Shown here in pieces: positions 1 to 9,427 of a stretch of 64,000 nucleotides of DNA. A model generated the notes under the pieces. That model had not been told where the DNA came from and did not search any database. It was given only the letters and a program-made list of their open reading frames with translations. The DNA lies in contig OZ076417.1 of the NCBI GenBank assembly GCA_964187785.1, positions 14,756,001 to 14,820,000 of the forward strand, read 5' to 3'. Both the position numbers and the translations under genes were made by a program. The stretch is from Amphiscolops sp. MND2022. Its lineage: Eukaryota. Position 1 is the stretch's first letter. The number at the start of each line of letters is the position of its first letter.

Positions 1-440
1 CTCGACTTTAATATGTCCATAATCGAAGCTGTTACGGATTATGTCCAAAGCTCCTTTCCAGTGGATGTTATCTAAGCCATCTTCAATTTTGGGTATTGAA
101 ATTGCAGGTATATTGTTTAGTTGTGCGTGTCCAACCAAATTTTCGATGCAACTGCGAAAATCTTCGGGTTTAATTTTTTCGTAACATCTCTTTTTTGCAA
201 CTAGTCCATAGATGAAGCGATTGGCTTCGTTATCCCAAAAGGGTAAAACTGATCCGACGAAAGGTTTCGACTGGTTCACAAAATTCTGAAAATCTTTCTT
301 CTGTTCGCACAACCTTTTTGCGAACGTGGTTGTCATTTTTCCATCTGCTGAGACACAAAAGGCTAGATTTGCATTTGAGGCTCGAAGGGTCTCGCCGGAG
401 CCGTGGCTTAGAAAAACTTGTTGATCTCCTTCGTGTTCGA
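1..440 (-). other. TARG1/OARD1 (Poa1p/DarG-like) macrodomain inside Pol
   Basis: LAFCVSADGKM matches TARG1 LAHCISEDCRM; RFIYGLVAKKR matches RYIYYLITKKR; AISIPKIEDGLDNIHW matches DLSMPRIGCGLDRLQW; FDYGHIKV matches FEATDIKI. Aligned from recall of human TARG1. Confidence 0.8.
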
Positions 441-1305
441 AGGGAACTGTTGAGTGTAGCAAGAAACAGTCGTTGTAGTCTGGGTTTTCCTTTAAAATTG
501 TGTTGACCATCGTGACACAATCCTTTATCTGGAACTTTGGTCGTTCTTTTTCCTGTAGGTCTATGACAGCATGACCAATTATTCCTCTATTAAGGGTTAT
601 TTGGTGATTTCGATTATTTTCAATCAAAATTGGCAGGTGGGATTCGGACTTCGTACATAAAACATTCACAAAGGTAAGTCCTGTTTTGACTGCATTTTTG
701 TGGGGTGTGAATGATGTTCCGGGTGCAAAATGTCTGTTATTTTCGCGGGAGTACTTGTGTAGGCGGGTAGTTTTGGCATCGATGCAAATTGGGTTATCTG
801 TTCGTATTGTTTCGACCTTTGAAACGTACGGGAAGGGTTTGGTAGCACAAAGGTTACCGTAGCAAATCGTGTTAGGACTGTCTTTCAATTCGATTGCAGG
901 CAAATCAAAATGTAATTTAGAAACAAGTTGACGGCAGAAATCTATTCCCAGTAAATTGGGTGTCTTCGCTTCTGTTATCCAAAACTTTAGCTCTACAGGA
1001 TGGAGTCCATCCGAGTCGAAACTGAATGTGATTGTTGTTGATCCAAGCATCGGTATAACTTCGCCAGTATAGGTTTTAGTCAGCTGTTTGCTCCTGACTA
1101 CCGTGATGGGTTGTCCAAACTGTGCAATTTCCTCAAAAGCTCTGTAATTGATGATTGAACAGGCTGCTCCTGTATCTAGCATGAATTCTATTTCTAACCC
1201 ACTATCTTTTTTGGAGTCTCCGGTGGGAAAAAAGAAGAGATTTAGGTGAAAACGTGATTTGAGGTTACTTTCTTCGTCAGGTCGCGGAGACTTTAGCAGT
1301 TTAAA
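1..1305 (-). CDS. pol: Pol polyprotein, N-terminal part (aspartic protease + spacer + macrodomain), expressed by -1 frameshift from gag; open to the window edge
   Basis: Manual translation is stop-free from 1305 to 1: ...EFMLDTGAACSIINY... (DTG at 1168-1176), ...NLLGIDFC... (protease C-terminal motif), then LAFCVSADGKM...RFIYGLVAKKR...AISIPKIEDGLDNIHW. Confidence 0.9.
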
Positions 1306-2687
1306 GGATTGAACGAGACTGTACTAACTCTGTCCTGTCCTTCTTCGTCAATGAACTGTACGGAGTTTGGGAAACTGTTATTGTTGGTCGGGAAATTTCG
1401 GTTGTACTCAGAATTTGTGTTTTGTGGTCGTGCACTGAAGTTATACGGGCTATTTGGCCTATTTCCAGTATAGGGTGTATTATTTCGCAAATTGGTACTA
1501 GTAGAAGTTGGTCTACTACTTGAAGGGTGATTGTTATTGCCATTGAAGTTGTTGAAGTTGTTTGACTGCTGAGAATTATTTCGGTTCCAGTTTTCATTTC
1601 GATTGTTTCCTTCGTTAGGTCTGCCTCTGTTGAAGTTTTGGTTCGACTGTTGGTTACTTCTTTGATTATTGGTGAAGTTCGGTCTTGGTGAAGACTGATA
1701 ATTTTGTTGTGATCCAAATCCGGGTCCCTTCCGTTTGTTGTAGTCGTTGGTGAAGGTGACCTTCTTCTCTTCATTAGCTCGTGATTGTGCTCTCTTGGCT
1801 TCGTCATCGTAGATCTTCTTTCGGCAATATTGGAGTGTATGACCATTCCTTTGGCAGTATTTACAAAATCGTGTGATGTTTTGGCGGGACGTGTTATTTA
1901 CGTCTACTGCAGAGACGTGATAATCATGCCAGTGAGAGGATGGGCATCCGTAGGGTAGAGAGTTAGTTACAGCTAAAGAATTGACTTGTTGTTCTTTGAG
2001 CATATTCTTCATTGCGTTGATGTCTTCTCGTAGTTCGTTTATCAACGTTTTTTGGTTTTGTGAGGAGTTCGGAGCTAGCTGAGAGCTGATAGTAAAAACA
2101 AGGTCTTTATTAGTTACATGTTCCTGAAATTGTTCCCAAGTAGCGTTGGGGTGTTCAATTAGGTATTGGTGAGCCTTGTTCTTTAGTTCGTTAGGCGTTA
2201 GTCCTCTGACTGCAAATTCAATGTACTTTTGCCTTCTTTGAGCGTTCAGTGCGGCTCTAGCTGCGTTATCAGCATTTTCTTCGTCTGGCCATCCTCTATC
2301 GACAGCTCGTTTCACTCGGTGAAAGTAGTTCTTTATTATTTCTTCATTCCCTCTGACACTGTTTTCTGCAGTTATTCTGTATCTGTATTTATCTCTATTG
2401 TCGGAAAAGCGGGTTAGGAAATGGGTTCTAATATGTTGCCAATCGTGTCCATCTCCTATGTTGTCTGTATACCACTCGGCGGCAGGTCCTCTTAGTAGGG
2501 ATGAGAAAAGTGCTTTTTTGCGAAATAAGTATCTTGCTCGATCGTCATCATTGTCGGGTTCATGACCCATCGAGAAATTGATTTTGTTCTCAACAGTTGT
2601 GAGAAATGATCTGACATCTTGTTCGGGATCGTTTCCTGAGAATTTGTCCAAAGCGAGGTCGGGAAATGAAACTGTGTTGTCTGCCAT
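1293..2687 (-). CDS. gag: Retrotransposon Gag (464 aa) with CCHC zinc knuckle and N/Q-rich C-terminus
   Basis: LRGPAAEWY-type gag core; CKYCQRNGHTLQYC (C-X2-C-X4-H-X4-C) at 1824-1865; begins just downstream of the PBS. Confidence 0.92.
   Translation of the reverse strand: MADNTVSFPDLALDKFSGNDPEQDVRSFLTTVENKINFSMGHEPDNDDDRARYLFRKKALFSSLLRGPAAEWYTDNIGDGHDWQHIRTHFLTRFSDNRDKYRYRITAENSVRGNEEIIKNYFHRVKRAVDRGWPDEENADNAARAALNAQRRQKYIEFAVRGLTPNELKNKAHQYLIEHPNATWEQFQEHVTNKDLVFTISSQLAPNSSQNQKTLINELREDINAMKNMLKEQQVNSLAVTNSLPYGCPSSHWHDYHVSAVDVNNTSRQNITRFCKYCQRNGHTLQYCRKKIYDDEAKRAQSRANEEKKVTFTNDYNKRKGPGFGSQQNYQSSPRPNFTNNQRSNQQSNQNFNRGRPNEGNNRNENWNRNNSQQSNNFNNFNGNNNHPSSSRPTSTSTNLRNNTPYTGNRPNSPYNFSARPQNTNSEYNRNFPTNNNSFPNSVQFIDEEGQDRVSTVSFNPLNC
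1299..1305 (-). promoter_or_regulatory. -1 ribosomal frameshift slippery heptamer U_UUA_AAC
   Basis: gag ends CCT TTA AAC TGC TAA; the heptamer is in X XXY YYZ phase and the -1 frame is the pol frame. Confidence 0.85.
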
Positions 2688-2710
2688 TCCTCTCTTTTGC
2701 TTGAATGTTG

Positions 2711-2727
2711 CCTCACTGGTCGCACCA
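2711..2727 (-). promoter_or_regulatory. Primer-binding site TGGTGCGACCAGTGAGG
   Basis: Lies 3 nt after the LTR end ...CTTTACA. Its complement CCUCAC-UGGUCGC-A-CCA has tRNA 3'-end geometry (T-arm strand, 7-nt acceptor strand, discriminator, CCA). The cognate tRNA was not identified. Confidence 0.75.
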
Positions 2728-2818
2728 GTTTGTAAAGGTTCGATTGGGTTTAGGAGAAATTAGCCTTCTGAGGTTCTTGATCAATAATGTTTAGGAGTTG
2801 GTTTGCGACTATGCCTTC

Positions 2819-3040
2819 CTAAACCTTTACAAAAGTTGTCTCTAGGTCTTCCGAGTTCGCAGGAAGGACTTTGTTTCGAGAGAAGAGTTTGAATATATGA
2901 AAAGAATTTGAATTAGTTCGAGTATTATATTCAACAATGTTTGTTTTTACACAATACGCAAGAATACAATACAAACAGAATAATGTAATCATCCAAGTTG
3001 ACACAAATATCCAATCAATAATATCTGAATTGTTTAGCAT
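2819..3040 (-). CDS. Small (73 aa) predicted single-pass membrane ORF upstream of gag
   Basis: ATG start; hydrophobic stretch WIFVSTWMITLFCLYCILAYCV followed by a polar tail; same strand as gag. Confidence 0.4.
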   Translation of the reverse strand: MLNNSDIIDWIFVSTWMITLFCLYCILAYCVKTNIVEYNTRTNSNSFHIFKLFSRNKVLPANSEDLETTFVKV

Positions 3041-3347
3041 TCACCACAAATAAATACATCAATAATTTAGGGAGCAATGTTCAGGTAAGTTGTTTAAATA
3101 CTATAAAAACTGGAATTTTCTGATCTTATTGTCCAACAATTTGGTTAGGACAAGTGTGCTGACTTTTGGCCAGAATTTCAGTCTATTCAGACCGGTTTGG
3201 GGTTCCTAGAGTTCTCAACAATGTAGTGAGAGTTACTAAGTCTATTGACAATTTACGTGACAGGTTTGTCACACGTTCTAGCTTATAGGAAGCGAAGAAC
3301 TAGCTTATAGGAAGCTGAGAGTTAAATAAAATAGTTTTAGCCTATAT

Positions 3348-3670
3348 GACCAGCCAATTACTAGGTCGAAGACAGGATTGTCTTGAGCATAGACTTATAA
3401 GAAGTCTTGCGAATCTAAGTAAATTAAGGGTCTTATCTAACCAGCATTCGCTAGGTTTTTGTTCGGACAAGATTGCCGATTGGGCTCGATCCAGAGGTTC
3501 GGTGCCGTGTTCTAAGAGTTTTAACCTATTGCAATGGACCAGCAAGTTTGCTAGGTCGAGAGGAAGACAAGTTTGTCTAAAGACTTTGAAGAAGTCTTGT
3601 GAGTCTAAGTGAGTTAAAGGCCTTATTTCAACCAGCAGTTTGCTAGGTTGCTTTTTAGACAAGATTGTCA
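3348..3670. repeat. Degenerate tandem duplication (~190-bp unit with ~95-bp subunits) inside the LTR/leader
   Basis: gaccagc...ctaggtcga...gaagtcttg...ctaagt...ccagca.tt.gctaggt...gacaagattg starts at both ~3348 and ~3537. Confidence 0.8.
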
Positions 3671-4199
3671 GAATTCTGTTCAATACTTTATAAGGTTACA
3701 TGCATTTTACTTTTTAATCAGTTCGTTTTACTTGCAAGTTAGCTGCAGTTATTGAAATGATCTAGACTAGCAGTCGCTAAGTCTTGACGCAATCGCGTAC
3801 TAAGAGGAAAGTGATCTCCGTCGAGAATTGTTTGGGAGCGTTTAGCTCTAGTTAGTTTTCCCTATGATTTTCATAGGAGAACCTTGTCGGTTGTTTGTCT
3901 CTTCAGTCACTAGGACTGGGGGTTGTCTATGAAAGACAGGTAGAAAAAGGGAGCAAAGAAAAAAGAGAGAAATTTTGAGTTGTGAATTTTGAAGTTATTT
4001 TCTAAGTTAAAGAAAATAACTAACCTGAAGTTTGAAGCAAAGATTGGGTCGGAGAGATTTGTTCTCGCAAGAGAGAGATTTTTTTGAGAGAGATGATTTA
4101 TAGCAGAGGCAAAGAGGAGAGTCAGAGTGAGAGTGTGCGAGAGATTTTTTGCGAGAAAGATTATGCGAGAAAATTATGAATCAATTTGCTAGAGTCCGG

Positions 4200-4351
4200 C
4201 TTTTTATACGAGCCGACCGAACGGTACAACCAATCAAATAGATTGGCGGTTTTTATTGGATACGAAATTATTTCGTCATTATCTCGTCAATATTTTGTCC
4301 ATAATTGGAATCGCATTCACTATTGGATGCAACCGAATAGAAGTCGGCGGG
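4200..4351 (-). promoter_or_regulatory. LTR Pol II promoter: TATA box, five CCAAT boxes, GC box
   Basis: TATAAAAAG at 4208-4200 (minus); CCAAT/ATTGG at 4230, 4242, 4255, 4304 and 4322; GGCGGG near 4346; pyrimidine-rich leader downstream. Confidence 0.7.
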
Positions 4352-5713
4352 GATTGCATCAGCTACCGAATATGTTCGGCTAACCGAGTTGGCTGACGCA
4401 ACTCTTTGTATTTGTCAGGGGAATTAATCCTCTCAAGTGGGGGACTTTGTTCCCACTTGAGAATTCTTTTGTTTAAAATTGAGAATTTGGCCGTACAAGT
4501 GGCGCCTATTATTCTCTTTTCAGAGATATTTACTGGCACAAGTGGCGTCGCATATTGTCTTTTCAGGGGAGATAAAAGATAATTGTTTGCACAAGTGGCA
4601 AGCGTTTTCTTTTGTAGAGGGGAATTCTCCCTTTCATATGACGCGCAGCTGTAATTTTGTTTATCTCTAAAATTCTTTCGAGCGTGCCTGGAGAATTGAA
4701 AGAATTTGAGTAAGAGTTCACAAAAATTGAATAAAAAAAATTCTAGCTCCGATTGAATAATTTTCTAAATATGTTTTTTCAAATATTAAATTGAAGAAAA
4801 AGTTGTGTTAAACACAACAACTGCTTCCGCCCTGCTTTCACATTTCAAGAGTATTTTACTTCTTGGCCGGATGAGGTAAGTTACAATGAAGTTAAGTGAC
4901 GTTGCTGTAATTGCTGAACTTCCTGTATAGGACCAACAATTTCGCCATCCGCGTTTTTCTCGTTAACTTTTCCTACTTTTCCCAGTTGCTCATATTTCAT
5001 TGAGTTACTAACATTTCGCTATTATTTATGTACTATACAACCCCGGCTGAAAGTTGGTTTATTTTTCCTATAAATATTGAAACATATCTTCAACGTTCCC
5101 ATTTAGTGGTTTACCTTTCAACGGTTATAACTACTTCTATACTTTGATAATTTGTATTTAAAGCCAGTACATCATCGTATGAATGAATCTAACCATAATT
5201 GATGACTGGTTGCATCAATGACCTAATAAACGCAACATAACTGATGAGTACGTTTTTATAACAAGGAATTTTATTGTCACTAGAATCATCAACTCAACGA
5301 ACTCCTTGTAAGGTTAGCATTTGTGGCTTCCAGAAATTCCCCAAGTGTGCAACACGGAAGTCTAGTTCGAGTTCGAATCATCGCAAAAAGAATCTTGATT
5401 CTCTGTGAAATGTGGATTGCCATACAGTAGTTTTAAAGAGAAAGGAGTTCAGGTCCATAAAATTTGACAACATGCCAACTTTTGAGCTTTAAATTGGCAA
5501 TTTTGTTGGCAAGAAACGTTTTTGGAGTTTCTATGTGTGCAATGACATCAAAATCGTATGACTGGGATCCGAGAAGCATAGCCAAAACCAGCCCAAAAAT
5601 TTCTAAATGACAAAGTACGTAATTTGGTTTTTCAACATTTTAAAATCAATTTTCGACACCTTTACCGCACGCACATGCGGCTCTGGTTTTGAATTGAATC
5701 TGGTTTACATGTG

Positions 5714-7165
5714 TTTTTAGTCGGCGCTTCATGAAGTAAACGCGACTATTATAGTGGCTTTTCTTTTTTTTCAATCCACACGAACTGACCAAAATAGTTC
5801 TACAAAAGTTCTACAAAATATTATTGCACCAAATTGCACTATTTGGTCTAGCGAACTGAACCAGAAAGATTTTTCCTGTTTTCCCGCGTAACATACCATA
5901 CCCGGCGAGACCAAAGGGTCCCCCCTTCCAATTTTTTTCGGCACTGCGAGACTTTTTTTCCGGAAAATATTTTTTCCTCAAAGCCCCCCTTCAATTTTTT
6001 GCTGTTTTGCGACAGAATGGATGTTGGAAAATCCCAAAGGGTCCCCCCCCCTTTCAGTTTTTTTCGGCACTGTGAGATTTTTTTCGGAAAATAAAAATTT
6101 TTCCCCCTTCAATTTTTTGATGTTTTGCGACAAAACCCCCCCAACTGCGACAAAAATGTTGACAATTTCGGAAGTGTCCCCCTTTTAGCGCGCCACTCGG
6201 TCCATTTTTTTGAGTATGTAATTTTTTCGAAATTTTTTTTTCGTAAAATTTTCGATTTTCGAGTACTGTAAAAGAGAATACTTGACACTTGTAAGTCTTT
6301 TTGCTATTTTTGAGCCTTGGATATGGCGCCGTCTTGGGGCGGTCCCGGCTTGTTTTCTTTAAGACAGACTCGAAGCGACGAACGTTAAAATTAACGTTCA
6401 ACTACTAATTACAGTACTAAACTACTGGACCGGCAAACGGGGAGCGCATTTAGGATAGTGGAAAGGGTCCCCCCTTTCAGTTACTCCATTTTTATCGTAA
6501 GCTACAGAACCGGACGAGACTCAAGACTCCTTTTTTTCGGCACTGTGCGACTTTTTTTCGATTTTTTTTTGTATCCAAAGGGTCCCCCCTTCAAGTTTTT
6601 TGATATTTTACAGCAAATTGAAGTTTCAAAAAGCCCAAAGGGTCTCCCCTTTCAAATTTTTCGGCATTATGAGACTGGCTCAAAATTCTTATTTTTCAAT
6701 TTTTCGTTTTCTCGAATATTTTTTTAATGTCTCGAAAGGGTGCTTCTTCAATTTTTTAAATATTTTGTAACATAATAGATATTAACAATCCCAAAGGGTC
6801 CCCTATTTTAGATTTTTCGGCACTATGAGACTGTTCAAAATTGTCATTTTTCGTCTAAAATTAGGTTTTCTCAGTATATATTTACCAATAATTTTCCGAA
6901 ACTTGGACGTAATATCCTGAGTAAAGCGCTATATCCGAAGTTTTCACGTTATATCCGAATTATGTTCCGTTTTACCAAGGAGGAGACGGAGGTTCAAAAA
7001 GCGCTCCCATTTGGGCCAGCACGCTATATCCGAAGTTTGAGACGTTACACCCCGCAACAAATTGGATTTTCAAAAAACCCAAAGGGTCCCCCTTTTACAA
7101 TTTCAAAAAGTTTGAGCTTTTTGAGCCTTAGATATGGCGCCGACTTTAGACGTTGCCGTCTTGTT
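5714..7165 (+). mobile_element. Two abutting copies of a Helentron/DINE-1-like non-autonomous element
   Basis: Starts ttttt-AGTCGGCGC; internal aaagggtcccccc/cggcact repeats; ends GCGCCG...hairpin-TTGTT at ~6355 and ~7165. Confidence 0.7.
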
Positions 7166-8172
7166 GTTTGTAAATTCTTCAACAATTATCACGAGATCCA
7201 GAGATGACTGTTTGTAGCCTGATTTTTTTAAATTTTTAAAATGGGGTTATATATACGAGTTACTTCGCCAGAGTCAATTTCTTTAAATAAAAAATTGCAA
7301 GAATATTATTCAGAATGGAATAATTTAGGATAGAATTGTATAGGGTGCTTATATGATACAGGTTGGCTTTCGTCAAAACGACGCTCCTCTTCGCTCCTGC
7401 ATGTATATGTACGATGGAATATTAATTAAATTTTCACCTTTTTCGATCCAAGATGAAATAAAGTCATGATTCGGTTGTAGAAAATTTGCAAACTTTTCGA
7501 TCCTACTTAATTCGAGCTTGCATAACAATCTAAGTTGGATGTTTTACTGAATGTTTTTCCAATGATTTTGTGCTCAAATAAAACATGAATCTGGAGCCAG
7601 TAGAACCATTTGAGTTCGAAAATACTTCAGACTTGAATAGCATTAGGCGCTTTCCTCCATAAAGATTGATTTTACATGTTTTAAGATAGTTAAGTTGTAG
7701 ATTTTCTTTAAAAATTAAACATTTATGCGTAATTTATGTCTCACGTGAATTCATAAAATATATTTAGTATCGGAACATTCTGATTATTTTTTGATAGTTT
7801 TTTTCTGACAATTTTTAAGAAGTTTGAATGAATGTGATCTCGTATCAGCCACAACCAAATTGCAGATTTTGAACAAATAGAGCGTTATCATTGGATGAGA
7901 AAGGTTTGTATCACAATGCTTTTCAACTCCGTTTTAGATCACCACAGTGGCCGAGACATTTTCCTAATTCGCAATTTCTTAATTCGAATGTTTCTTAACG
8001 CTTGCCATTTTTATGGACGCAATTAAATTCTATGTAGTGGTTGTCTTTTTAGTTCTAAACAGTTCCAAAAGCCAAATAAGTTCTTTCGATTTCGCTTTCA
8101 ATGGTATTGTGCAATTTTAGCTCAATTCTTTTTCCAAGTTTTAGCCCAAGTCCTTTCTCTTTGCATTGGAGA

Positions 8173-8603
8173 ACAAGCCGGGAACGGCATAAGTCGGGCC
8201 ATATCTAAGGCTCAAAAATAGCAAAGGCATGCAAGTGTCAAGAAACTCACGAAAAGAGTATCAAACGAAAAACCCAAACGACCGAACTGGCCCGCCAGGG
8301 GACCATTTCGCATTTTTTAACATCCATTGTTGCAAAACATCAAAAAATTGAAGGCGGGACCCTTTGGTGAAAAAAAAATCCGAAAAAAGTCTGTCTTGCA
8401 ATGCCGAAAAAACTGGATGGGGGACCCTTTAGTCTCTCCCCGTATTGTATGTTACGCAGAAAAAGAGGAAAAACTTTTTGGTTCAGTTCGCTAGGCCAAA
8501 TGATTCAACTTGGGACCATAAAATTTCGTAGAACTTTTGAGAACTATTTCGGTCAGTTCGTGTCGATTGAAAAAAGTCACTATAATAGTCGCGTTTCACT
8601 TCA
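8173..8603 (-). mobile_element. Helentron-like element, reverse copy, 5'-truncated
   Basis: Reverse complement ends ccgacttatGCCG-TTCC-CGGCttgt; body shared with the 30236 copy. Confidence 0.7.
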
Positions 8604-8654
8604 TATGTATTTTCAATGTGACATTCCATAACTTTGGTTTTGTTTTTGTTCCAG

Positions 8655-9110
8655 TTGATCTGGCTGTGCAACCTATGTAAGAAGAAACAGGACTTGTTGG
8701 CCAAGAGTGGCAAATGGATGCGAAGTCCTCATTCCAGTCAGGCAACTCTTTCTACTACCACCACGACCGCTACTACTGACACAACTACGTCTGGTAGCAC
8801 CACTTCTGCTGTCACCAGTACACTTGATACTAACACTACCACAACTACGACAGCCAACGGCTCTGTACCCAACCCCATTGCCCCTGGAGGGGTGGGGGTC
8901 CCGAATCCAAACACGAACCACCAGTTTCCCAACCACCCTAACCAGGCTGGGTTCCACAACGGGAACAACCAGTTCCCGGTAGGAGCACCGGTTGCATCGG
9001 CTTCCGGAGACAACAACAATAGTGGGTACTCCTTGGGTCCATCTTCGGCAGCAGGGTTTGGATCTGGGCAGAACTATCCACAACAACAGCAGCCTCCTCC
9101 CTTTGATCAG
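8655..9110 (+). CDS. Rim: RIM exon: end of Zn finger (IWLCNLCKKKQDLLAKSGKW) + T/N/G-rich linker
   Basis: Matches RIM1 WVCNLCRKQQEILTKSGAW; ttccag acceptor; donor CAG/GTTTTT is weak but phase-compatible. Confidence 0.85.
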
Positions 9111-9427
9111 GTTTTTCCCAGTTTAATATAGAAACCGCCCGTGTAAAAAGTCAAGAAAGAACAAAGAAATTGTACTATCAGACTCATACAAGAAGTGAAC
9201 GAATGCGAAACAGTCTTTTCAAGAGTGTGGTACCTTTGTGGAACGTCTTGCTTAATAAAATGAAACGTGGAAATCAAACGTATGAAACACGATTTAAAAA
9301 ATGTTTTATTGAGAAGTTTGTAAGTGAAGTTGATAGACCGCAATATCTCCGAAAATGTTGGAGTGAATATCGGTTTAAATAATGATTAATCTACCATAAT
9401 TGTCATTTGAAAAAAAGTGTTTTTTAG

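Larger units (their letters stand above)
1..4885 (-). mobile_element. Ty3/Gypsy-type LTR retrotransposon, 5' part (LTR-PBS-gag-pol); continues beyond the left window edge
   Basis: gag ORF with CCHC knuckle, -1 slippery site, open pol frame with DTG protease motif, tRNA-like PBS directly after ...TTTACA, and upstream TATA/CCAAT cluster. The order gag-PR-(RT expected next) fits Ty3/Gypsy. The right boundary (TGTAAC at 4885) is inferred. Confidence 0.9.
2731..4885 (-). repeat. Putative long (~2.15 kb) 5' LTR, TGTAAC...TTTACA
   Basis: The 3' end is fixed by the PBS. The 5' end is chosen at TGTAAC (4885) because the TATA/CCAAT cluster and internal repeats lie inside; alternative starts exist at 3700 and 2831. 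The second LTR is not in the window. Confidence 0.55.

Noticed and set aside
1301-1846. 181-aa minus-strand ORF overlapping gag
   Set aside because: Alternative frame over low-complexity gag sequence with no recognisable domain.
2731-2831. 101-bp segment with 10-bp inverted ends as the complete LTR
   Set aside because: Not preferred because promoter motifs, LTR-like repeats and an ORF running into it lie upstream; kept as an untested alternative.
6054-8713. F/K-rich short ORFs here and at 16284, 30218, 35553, 50208 and 57636-60985
   Set aside because: They lie inside the Helentron-like repeats or duplicated blocks and reflect A/T runs.
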